Source: an uncultured Clostridia bacterium (GTDB taxonomy: Bacteria; Bacillota; Clostridia; TANB77; CAG-508). From it: a DNA stretch of 64,000 bases. This document shows, piece after piece, positions 32,002 to 43,280 of this stretch. The notes under the pieces are model-generated. The model worked only from the letters and a program-made list of their open reading frames with translations. It did no database searches and had not been told where the DNA came from. Position 1 is the stretch's first letter. The number at the start of each line of letters is the position of its first letter. The stretch covers positions 1,108 to 65,107 of the forward strand of contig CANPWE010000002.1 of assembly GCA_947581895.1 (NCBI GenBank). The letters are read 5' to 3'. A program made the position numbers and the translations under genes.

Positions 32002-34500
32002 CTAACATACTTTTGCAACAATAACAGTCATATCATCTTTTTCTTTTCCAAAATCATTGTCAATAGCTTCAGAAATTATTATATCAGCAATTTTCTGTAC
32101 ATCATCATTACTAATTTCTTCAAGTAAATATTTTAACCACATCTCTTTATTTTGATAATCAGAATTAGAATCAATAATACCATCAGAACACATTACAATA
32201 ATATCACCTTTTTCTATATCTTTATCATAAACAATAAGTTCTATATCATCAAAAATTCCAGTTGGCATTGAAATAGATTTTACTAATTGAACACTTTTAT
32301 TTCTTTTAACATAAGTTGGACAAGCACCATTTTTAACAAATTCCATATTTTCAGCATATAAATCCAAAATAGCTATATCTAAAGTAGCATACATATCTTC
32401 TTCTTTCATAGTAGTTGCTAATGTTGAATTAATCAATTTTATTGATGTATCTTTTTTAAAACCAGATGTTAATAGTCTTTCTAACATTTTTATTGCAATT
32501 TTGCTACTTTTTCTTGCCTCTGGTCCAGATCCCATTCCATCACTTAATGCTATTAAATATTTACCATCATCAAGTCTTGTTTGAATACTAGTATCACCAG
32601 ATACAGGAGAACCATTTTTTGTAGATTTTGCAATACCAATTTGAAGATTAAATTTATCTTTTGACATATATGAAAATTTACAAATATCTCCACCTTTTCT
32701 TAATCCACAAACTTGATCAGATAAATTCATAGTTTCATTTAGTACTCTTGAAATAACATGTCCAATTGTTTTATATGGACAATCACTACCATCAACTTCA
32801 TCACAACGTTTTTGATATACAGTTACATGATATCTTCCTGATTCCTCTTTTTTGATATATATCTCATCAATATCTATTTGTTTTTGTTTTAACAATTGTA
32901 TGATTTGATTTTTTTCTTTTCTAAATTCATTATCATCAATATTTTGTGTATCTTTAATATCATATGCCATTTCTGCTATAATATCTGAAACTCCTTGTAA
33001 TTGTGCTGATACATTTTTATTATTTTCCTCTATCTTCTTTTTATACACAAAATTCATTTTACTCATTTTATATGAATAATTGATTTTTTTTATCATTTCC
33101 GAAATATCTTTATCTATACTTTCATTATCATCTTCTTCATCAAACCCTAAAATATAATTATTATGATTTGAAAATATTTCTATTAATTGTTTAGATGTAA
33201 TTCTTGTATTTATAAGTAATGATTTGAATATATCAGATACTATTTCATCTGAATAATATAATTCTTCATATAACATGTTATCTTCTAAATCTTCAATATT
33301 ATTATGTAATTCTTTTATAAAAATTTCTTCGTTTTCTTTTTCAATTTTTGTCATTTCATCATCTAAAACTGTTGCTGCTGTTTGAGTATAACTTTTAGCT
33401 AATTCTGAAATTGTTTCTGATATACTTGTTAACTTTCTTATTGTTTCTTTACTTCCTTCTAAAGCTCTTCCTGTTGTTTCTGGCAATAATTTTGAATTAT
33501 TAAATACATTTTCTATTACGATTTCTACTTTTCTAGGTATTAATAATAAACCAAGTGATGCAATTAAAATTTCTTGAAATACTATAATAGGTACTATATT
33601 TCCATTTGAAACATATGTAAGTAATGTATTTCCTATAACAAATCCTATAATAACTCCTGGTTTTCCAAATCTACTAAATAAACCTGAAAGTAATCCTGAT
33701 ATTGCATAAGCTGCTACCATAATTGGTTGTCCTTCATCTATTATTCCTAAAACAATTCCTATTGTTATTCCACCTGTTGCACCAACAAGCATTCCATTTT
33801 TCCATCCTAAAACTAGAACAATTAAAATACACAATATATTCTTTAATGAAAAACCTAATATATGTACTGGAGTTAATGCTGCAAAACTTATTGCTATCAT
33901 CATACTTGCTCCCATTAGTTCTTCTATTGAAAATATTTTCTTATAACCATAATCTCTTATTACTGTTATTGAATTAACAAATATCTTGTAAAAAATAAAT
34001 GTTACTATTGCTTGCATAATTCCTACTAATAAATCATATAAATAAAATGTACCAAAAATTAATGGAAGAATTTGAACAATTAGACTTGAGATTATTATGT
34101 TTTTACCAACTTTTCTTTGTTCATTACAATCATCTTGTACTGTTGTTTTTAATACAAATAGGCTTGCAAAAAATACTACTGAAGTAATTATATAACTTCC
34201 TAATCCTTTTGCCCCAAAACCAATTAGTGTTCCTATACATGTAAGTATATATACAAATCCTATTGGGATTGTATTCCCTAATGTAGCAGCTACAATTGCC
34301 AAAGCAAATGGGGCTAATCCTAATGAACTATTTCCTCCAAAACCTACCATCGAAATCATTAGTGATACTACATATAAAATTATGTTTCTCTTTATAAAGA
34401 ATTTTTTTAGTATCTGCTTAAATTCTTCAATCTGATATACTTTAACATCCTGTTTTTGATTTTTTCTTTCTTCAAAACCTCTTTCTATATTTTGAAACAT
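32002..34500 (-). CDS. spoIIE: stage II sporulation protein E (PP2C phosphatase, polytopic N-terminus)
   Basis: It has about 10 TM segments, a central domain, and a C-terminal PP2C domain (ALSDGMGSGPEA, MCSDGIID, DDMTVIVAKV). The likely start is ATG 34498-34500, with RBS gaggtgg. Confidence 0.88.
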   Translation of the reverse strand: MFQNIERGFEERKNQKQDVKVYQIEEFKQILKKFFIKRNIILYVVSLMISMVGFGGNSSLGLAPFALAIVAATLGNTIPIGFVYILTCIGTLIGFGAKGLGSYIITSVVFFASLFVLKTTVQDDCNEQRKVGKNIIISSLIVQILPLIFGTFYLYDLLVGIMQAIVTFIFYKIFVNSITVIRDYGYKKIFSIEELMGASMMIAISFAALTPVHILGFSLKNILCILIVLVLGWKNGMLVGATGGITIGIVLGIIDEGQPIMVAAYAISGLLSGLFSRFGKPGVIIGFVIGNTLLTYVSNGNIVPIIVFQEILIASLGLLLIPRKVEIVIENVFNNSKLLPETTGRALEGSKETIRKLTSISETISELAKSYTQTAATVLDDEMTKIEKENEEIFIKELHNNIEDLEDNMLYEELYYSDEIVSDIFKSLLINTRITSKQLIEIFSNHNNYILGFDEEDDNESIDKDISEMIKKINYSYKMSKMNFVYKKKIEENNKNVSAQLQGVSDIIAEMAYDIKDTQNIDDNEFRKEKNQIIQLLKQKQIDIDEIYIKKEESGRYHVTVYQKRCDEVDGSDCPYKTIGHVISRVLNETMNLSDQVCGLRKGGDICKFSYMSKDKFNLQIGIAKSTKNGSPVSGDTSIQTRLDDGKYLIALSDGMGSGPEARKSSKIAIKMLERLLTSGFKKDTSIKLINSTLATTMKEEDMYATLDIAILDLYAENMEFVKNGACPTYVKRNKSVQLVKSISMPTGIFDDIELIVYDKDIEKGDIIVMCSDGIIDSNSDYQNKEMWLKYLLEEISNDDVQKIADIIISEAIDNDFGKEKDDMTVIVAKVC

Positions 34501-34878
34501 CCTTACCACCTCTATACTTTTTTCTTCACATATTCTAATATATAAGACCATAAAATTTTTGTCAGTTTTGATATGTAAAATCAAAAAAGTTTTTTACATA
34601 TTGTGATATATTATTTTTAATTTATATATTATTTTTTTTTATATTACAATTTGCTTACAACATTTTATCTTAAAATTGGTTAAATTACAATATATTGGAG
34701 AATGTTTTTTTGATTTATTACAAATTAGCCTTATAATTAATGATCCATTAATATATTATCTAAAAATTTTCTTTAAATACTCTAACACATTTTTCACATA
34801 TTACTCATATACTATTAATAATATTTTATTATTATAATATAATCTGATGATTATAAATTAATAAGAAGGTGATTTATA

Positions 34879-35313
34879 TTGAATGAAAATATGTCTGAAA
34901 TGATTAATAATTTTAGCAAAATGATGAATAATCAGGATATGTCTGATAATATGAAAAATTTTTTTAATTCTATAAATAATACAACTAACAATGAAAATCC
35001 TTCAAATATGTCTAATAACAATAACTCAGATGATAACTCAAACAACTCTACTGATAACACGAATTCCAGAGATTCATCTAATACAAACAATATATTTGGA
35101 AACATAGATATGTCTACTATTATAAAAATGCAACAAATCATGAATTCTTTAAATGATAAACAAAATGATTCAAGAACAAATTTACTGCTATCATTAAAAC
35201 CTTATTTAAAAGAACATAGAAAGAAAAAAGTTGATCAATACATCCAACTAATGAAAATGGGGAAAATCTTTGAAATGATGAACCCTTTAGGTGGTGATAA
35301 TAAACATGTATAA
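34879..35313 (+). CDS. Asn/Ser-rich low-complexity small protein with a conserved-looking basic C-terminus (TTG start)
   Basis: The RBS agaaggtga lies 6-7 nt upstream of TTG. It is a 144-aa ORF whose C-terminal part is LLLSLKPYLKEHRKKKVDQYIQLMKMGKIFEMM. Confidence 0.4.
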   Translation: MNENMSEMINNFSKMMNNQDMSDNMKNFFNSINNTTNNENPSNMSNNNNSDDNSNNSTDNTNSRDSSNTNNIFGNIDMSTIIKMQQIMNSLNDKQNDSRTNLLLSLKPYLKEHRKKKVDQYIQLMKMGKIFEMMNPLGGDNKHV

Positions 35314-35665
35314 TTTTAGAAATCAATTCTTTAGAACACCAACATTTCCTAGAACTAATCATAATATGTATATTAATTCAAAAAAAAATATAGGAAAATA
35401 TAATAACACTTATAATACTTACAATACTTACAATCCAAATCCAAACCCAAACACAAAACCAAAACCAAAATCATATTCAACAGAAACACAAAATACAAAT
35501 AGTAATATATTTCAACTAAACACAGATAAAGAATTGTTTGAGCTATTTGGAATAAAAATATATTTAGATGATTTACTTATAATATGTATTTTACTATTTT
35601 TATATCAAGAAGGTATACAAGATGAATATCTTTTTATCTCTCTTATATTATTATTATTAAGCTAA
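35306..35665 (+). CDS. small protein with Asn/Pro/Lys-rich linker and a hydrophobic C-terminus
   Basis: The RBS aggtggtga lies 8 nt upstream of ATG 35306. It overlaps the previous ORF by 8 nt, which suggests coupling. The C-terminus is ELFGIKIYLDDLLIICILLFLYQEG. Confidence 0.35.
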   Translation: MYNFRNQFFRTPTFPRTNHNMYINSKKNIGKYNNTYNTYNTYNPNPNPNTKPKPKSYSTETQNTNSNIFQLNTDKELFELFGIKIYLDDLLIICILLFLYQEGIQDEYLFISLILLLLS

Positions 35666-35698
35666 TAAATGATAATTCAACTTCAAATATATAGTTAA

Positions 35699-35738
35699 TG
35701 CCATTAAGTTAATTATAAAACCTTTTAACTTAATGACA
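35699..35738. terminator. bidirectional hairpin between convergent genes
   Basis: Stem tgccattaagttaa (35699-35712) pairs with ttaacttaatgaca (35725-35738) with one mismatch and a 12-nt loop. Confidence 0.45.
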
Positions 35739-35784
35739 TTGACTTTACAAATTTTTTTACATCTTTAAACATATTTTATAAAAT

Positions 35785-36408
35785 TTATTCAATTACAATT
35801 TTATCATCTTTATTTAAATATGCATTAGTTTTAATAATTGTATTTTCAAACTCGCCTTTTTCACAATTTCTTATAACATTAGAAATTCTAATTTGATTAG
35901 TTTCAATTGAACCTGCAGAAATGATAGCCTCTTTATTTCCTCTTGCACCTGCATGTGCCAAACCTCTTAATGTGCCTAAAATTATTATATTTTCTCCTGC
36001 AATTACTTCTGCTCCATTATTAACATCCCCCAAAATAACAATGCTTCCTATAAATTCAACCTTTTGGCCAGATCTTAATGAATGTGTATAAAATTTAGTT
36101 TCTGAAATAGCAATTTCCTTCTTAAATGGTTTATGAATTCCATATAACCCTAATTTTTCACTATTATTAAACTTAACTTTTCCAGTAAAAAAGTTACCAA
36201 TAACCTTATTTATAATAATTTGTTCTTTTTCATTAAAATCCCTTCCAATAATTGATATAATTTCTGGTTCTGTATTTTTATACAATATTCTTACTTCTGG
36301 AAGTTTTTTCTTTAATTTGCTAACAAATTCTCTAAAGTCAATATGTTCCCTAACTCTAATGGTAATTTGCTTTCTTCTAAAACTATATCCAATACCATTA
36401 TTAGCCAT
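35785..36408 (-). CDS. minC: septum site-determining protein MinC
   Basis: The C-terminal beta-helix repeat is VILGDVNNGAEVIAGENIIILGTLRGLAHAGARGNKEAIISA. Confidence 0.85.
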   Translation of the reverse strand: MANNGIGYSFRRKQITIRVREHIDFREFVSKLKKKLPEVRILYKNTEPEIISIIGRDFNEKEQIIINKVIGNFFTGKVKFNNSEKLGLYGIHKPFKKEIAISETKFYTHSLRSGQKVEFIGSIVILGDVNNGAEVIAGENIIILGTLRGLAHAGARGNKEAIISAGSIETNQIRISNVIRNCEKGEFENTIIKTNAYLNKDDKIVIE

Positions 36409-36456
36409 TATTCTCTCATCCTTCCCATTTTTGTTATTACATCCTTATACAAAATT

Positions 36457-38553
36457 CTATCTTACTACTTGTACACCAGGAATTGCTTCTTGTGATTCTT
36501 CAATTTCACTAGCATTCATACCAAAATATTCTGCAAAAATATCTCTTGCGACTTCTGCTGTATATACACCATGTGTAACATTTTCAACAACAACTACTAT
36601 AGCAATTTCAGGATTATCATAAGGAGCAAATCCTGCAAACCATCCATTAGTTTTGTTTCCAACTTCTGCTGTTCCTGTTTTTCCTGCAACTTGTATATTA
36701 AATCCCGCAAAAGTTGAATATGCAGTACCTCCTGATTCACTTGTAACATCTTTCATACCTTCTAATATAGCTTGCAGATTTTCTTGTGAAATATTTAAAT
36801 CTTCTGTATCTTCATTTGATGTAAATCCTAGTTTCTTATTTACATATTCATTTATCATATCTCTTGACATTTCATTTCCATTACTATCAATAATAGATTT
36901 AATTAAAGTTACATCCACATTTTTTCCACCATTTGCCAACATACTGATGTATTTTGCCATTTGAATTGGAGTAAAGTTATTATAACTTTGTCCTATTGCA
37001 GCAGATAAAGTTTCACCTAAATACCATGACCTATTTTCTTCTTCAGCTCTTTTTTGGCTTGCAACAACTCCAGCTGATTCACTTGGTAGCTCAACTTGTG
37101 TTTTTTTACCTAATCCAAAATAAGTTGCATATTTTTCCAATGTATCTATACCAATTCTATTTCCTACCTCATAAAAGAAATAATTACATGAATGTTTTAT
37201 AGCTTGTGATACATTTAAATATCCATGACCTCTTTTACTATCAGTATAAATCCAGCAAACAGGTTTATGTGCATATGGATATACACCAGTATCATTTATT
37301 TTTGTTTTTGTATTAATTGCTCCTGTTTCTAATCCTGCAATCGCAGTAACCATTTTAAAAATAGACCCTGGAGCATATGCTCCACTAATTGCTCTATTAT
37401 ATAATGCAGAAGTTTCTTGATATTCATTATATTTTTCATTACTTATCCCATCAACAAATAATTGTGGCTCATAATCAGGATAACTTGCCATTGCTAATAT
37501 TTCTCCAGTTTTTACATTCATAACAACAACTGCACCTGCATCAGCATCACTTCTTGATGCAAAACCTCCTGTTGATATTTTTGTAATATTATCTTTTAAT
37601 GCTTTTTCTGTAACAGCCTGAACATTAGAATCAATTGTTAATACTACATCAGAACCTGCAACAGCCTCTTCTGCTACATATTCACCAGTTACAGTTCCTT
37701 CTATATCCATATCTATTTGTCTTATACCATCTTTACCTTTTAATAAATCTTCAAATACATATTGTATTCCTGTTTTACCTATCATATCATTCATATTATA
37801 TGTATCTTCTTTTCCTTCTAATTCACTTTGAGTAATTTTTCCAACTGTTCCTAAGATATGTGATGCTAAACTTCCAGAAGTATATGAAATTATTGGTTCT
37901 GTAACAATATCAATTCCTGCAAATTGTGAATTTCGTTCACTTAACTCCATAGCACTTGCTCTACTTAAATTTCCACATATTTCTACTGCTTTTGTACTAC
38001 TATATCCATTTTGAGAAATTTCATATCTAATAGCCATTATTTTTCTAGATTCTGCAATATCATTACTTTGTATTTCATACCTTTCTTTTAATGCATAAAA
38101 ACAATCTTCAGCAGATGCATTTTCATCTAACTTATTATTTTCCTTCCATCTTTTTATTGAATCTTCATCTTGCAAATTAAATCCAAAAGGTTCTATTGTG
38201 ATTGGTAAATTATCATAATAACTATCACCATTTTTTTCCAAAATATTTATAATATTTAATATAGTATTATTTAGAGTCTCATTATCTACTTTGCTTTTAT
38301 ACAAATCTAATCTAAACCCCATTATATTTGATACAATTGGATTTCCAGTTCTATCTAATATATTACCTCTTGCTGCTTTTAGTACTGATTCTCTTGTTAA
38401 TCTTGTATTTGATTGTTCTCTATATTCTTGCCCTTTAACAATCTGGAGGTTAAAAAGTTGGACAAGTAATATCATACCAACTATATATACAAGCATAGAA
38501 ATCATATTATATTTAATTTTACTACTTTTATCATCAGAATTGCCCAAGTTCAC
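36457..38553 (-). CDS. mrdA: penicillin-binding protein 2 (elongation-specific class B PBP)
   Basis: The motifs SxxK (GSIFKMVT), SxN (SCNYFF) and KTGT (GKTGTAE) are present. It lies downstream of mreBCD. Confidence 0.9.
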   Translation of the reverse strand: MNLGNSDDKSSKIKYNMISMLVYIVGMILLVQLFNLQIVKGQEYREQSNTRLTRESVLKAARGNILDRTGNPIVSNIMGFRLDLYKSKVDNETLNNTILNIINILEKNGDSYYDNLPITIEPFGFNLQDEDSIKRWKENNKLDENASAEDCFYALKERYEIQSNDIAESRKIMAIRYEISQNGYSSTKAVEICGNLSRASAMELSERNSQFAGIDIVTEPIISYTSGSLASHILGTVGKITQSELEGKEDTYNMNDMIGKTGIQYVFEDLLKGKDGIRQIDMDIEGTVTGEYVAEEAVAGSDVVLTIDSNVQAVTEKALKDNITKISTGGFASRSDADAGAVVVMNVKTGEILAMASYPDYEPQLFVDGISNEKYNEYQETSALYNRAISGAYAPGSIFKMVTAIAGLETGAINTKTKINDTGVYPYAHKPVCWIYTDSKRGHGYLNVSQAIKHSCNYFFYEVGNRIGIDTLEKYATYFGLGKKTQVELPSESAGVVASQKRAEEENRSWYLGETLSAAIGQSYNNFTPIQMAKYISMLANGGKNVDVTLIKSIIDSNGNEMSRDMINEYVNKKLGFTSNEDTEDLNISQENLQAILEGMKDVTSESGGTAYSTFAGFNIQVAGKTGTAEVGNKTNGWFAGFAPYDNPEIAIVVVVENVTHGVYTAEVARDIFAEYFGMNASEIEESQEAIPGVQVVR

Positions 38554-38662
38554 ACCTTCCTCTCCTAATAGAAAACATATCCCTTTTATAAATTCTTAAA
38601 ACTTAAACTAAATTCCTAATCTTTATTATTTAGTAAAATAAATGAAATTATATCTTATTATT

Positions 38663-39205
38663 TTAAAAATATCTAGTCAAGAACTTTTTCTTTTTAAATG
38701 TACTCTCAAAGAAATACCCTGATTTTCTTATTAATGGATATAATATTATAGTTAATAAAACATTAAAAATAACTTCAATAAGCAATATTTTTATAAACCC
38801 TAGTAATTGTAATGGAATGAGATTTCTAGCTATATTATATATGTACACAACAGTTTCAAACAAAACTGTACTTCCTGCAACCATTAGTAGAATTGTAATT
38901 TTGCTGTCTTTAGAAAAATTTTTGTCAAAATATCCCCCCAAAAATCCAATTGTTGCATACATAATTGCTGATACTCCAATTTGACTTCCTGTTAATATAT
39001 CTAAATAAATTCCAATAATAAAACCAAAAGGTACACCAATATTTTTTCCCATAAATAGCCCAATACATAATATTAGAACTATAAATAAGTTAGGTTTTAT
39101 TCCAGCTATATTAAACCAATTGAAGAAATTAATTTGAAAAAAATATAATATAAAAAACATTAATATTATTCCTATAATTGAAATCGTTTTTTTCAGATAT
39201 TCCAC
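38663..39205 (-). CDS. mreD: rod shape-determining protein MreD
   Basis: It is a small polytopic membrane protein immediately after mreC. Confidence 0.7.
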   Translation of the reverse strand: MEYLKKTISIIGIILMFFILYFFQINFFNWFNIAGIKPNLFIVLILCIGLFMGKNIGVPFGFIIGIYLDILTGSQIGVSAIMYATIGFLGGYFDKNFSKDSKITILLMVAGSTVLFETVVYIYNIARNLIPLQLLGFIKILLIEVIFNVLLTIILYPLIRKSGYFFESTFKKKKFLTRYF

Positions 39206-39218
39206 CTTCTTTTCTATT

Positions 39219-40034
39219 TTAATTTGTAATAACTAAAACTGTTTCTAATTTCGAAAAATCAACAGCAGTTTCAATAATTGCATATCTATTTGTGATATTT
39301 TTAGTATTTACAATTTTCTTTATTGTACCTATATGAATTCCTTTTGGATAAATTCCTCCTATACCTGATGTTTCAACTGTATCACCTTCTAATACATTTG
39401 CATCAGTTGGAATAAATGATGCCTTTATTTCATTATTTGAATCAATTTCACCTCTTACAATAATACTATCTCTTGTTGTACTAATTGTGCTAGTTACTGT
39501 ACTTGAAGTATCTATAATTGTTTGTACTTTTGCTGTATCATCAGTAACAGATATAACATGTCCAACTAAACCTTTATCTGAAATAACAGTCATATTAACA
39601 TCTATTCCATCTTTTTTACCTGCATTTATAATTATGGTTTTACTATAATTACTAATATCCATTTGTATAACATTTGCTGGATATGTAGTATATTCACTAT
39701 ATTTATCAGTCAAATTTACATATTCTTTTAAAGTTGTGTTTTCTGCTTTTAATATTTCTAATTCTCTTAAAGATTGTTGTAATTCACTATTTTCCTTTTT
39801 TAGATTTTCGTTTTCTTGTTTCATTTCATTAACATTTATAAAAAATGAGCTGTTTCCTGCCATTTTGTTTTTCAAATATACCATACCATTTTGCATATTA
39901 TTAATAAAACTAGTAAAAGGATTACCTATTTGAGATATTTTCTCAATTTTTATATTAGAAACAGCAACTAAAAATATTAAAATTAAACTAGTTATAATTA
40001 TTCCTACTACAGTACTTTTTTTGTTTTTACTCAT
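39219..40034 (-). CDS. mreC: rod shape-determining protein MreC
   Basis: It has a TM segment, a coiled coil (ENENLKKENSELQQSLRELEILKAEN) and a beta-barrel domain (GLVGHVISV, IYPKGIHIGTI). The likely start is ATG 40032-40034. Confidence 0.85.
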   Translation of the reverse strand: MSKNKKSTVVGIIITSLILIFLVAVSNIKIEKISQIGNPFTSFINNMQNGMVYLKNKMAGNSSFFINVNEMKQENENLKKENSELQQSLRELEILKAENTTLKEYVNLTDKYSEYTTYPANVIQMDISNYSKTIIINAGKKDGIDVNMTVISDKGLVGHVISVTDDTAKVQTIIDTSSTVTSTISTTRDSIIVRGEIDSNNEIKASFIPTDANVLEGDTVETSGIGGIYPKGIHIGTIKKIVNTKNITNRYAIIETAVDFSKLETVLVITN

Positions 40035-40134
40035 TCTAATCTGCCATTCCCTTCTTTTATTATTGAGAAATTTTAGAATATATAGGAAATTTTGGAAAGT
40101 CCCTATATATTCCAAAATTTTCTTAGTTTAATAC

Positions 40135-42003
<1,869 letters not shown>

Positions 42004-42066
42004 AAATCTCCTTTCCCCCAGAAATATATTAGTTTTGCTTTATATATTTAATTTATATTAAAATTA

Positions 42067-42324
42067 TTATACTTTTCTATAAATAAAAATAGCTATTGCC
42101 ATGCCTATTATGCTTGCTATGTTTATTCTTAATACAAGCGAAAATGTTAAATTTATAATACTTAAGTCTAATTTTAGTGGTTCTGAAAGTCCAAAACTTT
42201 CACCATATGCTAGCCACCATAATGCATCAACTTTTGCTGCAAATTGACCTATTAACCCCCCTATTACTAAACCTGCCAATATAAATACAATTAGTATCCA
42301 TATGTTTTTATCTCTTGTAGCCAT
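42067..42324 (-). CDS. small membrane protein (DUF4321-like)
   Basis: It is an 85-aa protein with two TM segments, including LIVFILAGLVIGGLIGQF and a C-terminal IASIIGMAIAIFIYRKV. It neighbours radC/mreB. Confidence 0.5.
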   Translation of the reverse strand: MATRDKNIWILIVFILAGLVIGGLIGQFAAKVDALWWLAYGESFGLSEPLKLDLSIINLTFSLVLRINIASIIGMAIAIFIYRKV

Positions 42325-42456
42325 AAGTTTTCCTCCTTTTTTCCTTACGGAAATTCGTTTACCTTACTTTTGGTATTATATATTGAAATATATATTTTTT
42401 CAATAGCTTTATAATTTTTTCACAAAATTTTGTTAACCTTTAATTAAAACATAACT

Positions 42457-43197
42457 TTATGAAAGCATACTTAATATTCCTAACACAAATCCAGCTATAT
42501 TTCCAATTGCAGGTAATTTTCCTTTATAAAGGGAATTTGATTCTGGTATTAATTCTCCTGAAACAATATATAACATAGCTCCTGCTGCAAATGATAAACA
42601 TAATGCTATTATTGATTGTGAAATACCACCAACTATAGCTCCAAAAAAAGCTCCAATTCCTGTTGTTACACCAGAAAGTATTACATAAAAAACTACTTTT
42701 ATAGGACTCATACCACCATTTTTCATTGGTACTGCCATTGAAATTCCTTCTGGTATATCATGTAATGCAATTGCAATTGCTAAAGAATATCCTAGAGTAA
42801 CAGATGCTTCAAAACCTGAGCCAATAGCTAAACCTTCTGGAAAATTATGAATTGCAAGTCCAATACTTACTATTATCCCTGTTTTCAATAAATTGCCTTT
42901 TTTGTCATTTAAATTCACATTATTGAACTTTTTTTCAACAATCATATCACAAAAAATCATTAACATTATTCCAAATATAATACCACATAAAATTGTAGGT
43001 ACACCTGAAATTTCCAATGCTTCTGGTATTAGTTCAAAACAAACAATTGCAGTCATTAATCCTGAGGCTAAAGATAAAATAAAACTTAAAAATTTATTTG
43101 AACTTTTTTTAAAAGTTATTCCTAATATTCCTCCTAAAGTAGTTCCAAAAGTTCCGAAAAATAATCCTAATAATGTAGTTTTTATTAAATGTTCCAT
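42457..43197 (-). CDS. ZIP family metal (zinc) transporter
   Basis: It is polytopic, with the motifs HNFPEGLAIG and HDIPEGISMA typical of ZupT/ZIP. Confidence 0.8.
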   Translation of the reverse strand: MEHLIKTTLLGLFFGTFGTTLGGILGITFKKSSNKFLSFILSLASGLMTAIVCFELIPEALEISGVPTILCGIIFGIMLMIFCDMIVEKKFNNVNLNDKKGNLLKTGIIVSIGLAIHNFPEGLAIGSGFEASVTLGYSLAIAIALHDIPEGISMAVPMKNGGMSPIKVVFYVILSGVTTGIGAFFGAIVGGISQSIIALCLSFAAGAMLYIVSGELIPESNSLYKGKLPAIGNIAGFVLGILSMLS

Positions 43198-43204
43198 GAT
43201 AAAT

Positions 43205-43254
43205 ACTCCTTTAAAATAAACTTCATTATAAGTTTATTTTAAAGGAGTTTTTTT
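43205..43254 (+). terminator. perfect 19-bp hairpin plus T7 run; its arm contains the ZIP gene RBS
   Basis: actcctttaaaataaactt (43205-43223) pairs perfectly with aagtttattttaaaggagt (43230-43248). The loop is cattat and the T-run is 43248-43254. Confidence 0.5.
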
Positions 43255-43280
43255 ATGATTCTTATTTACTTATTATTAAA

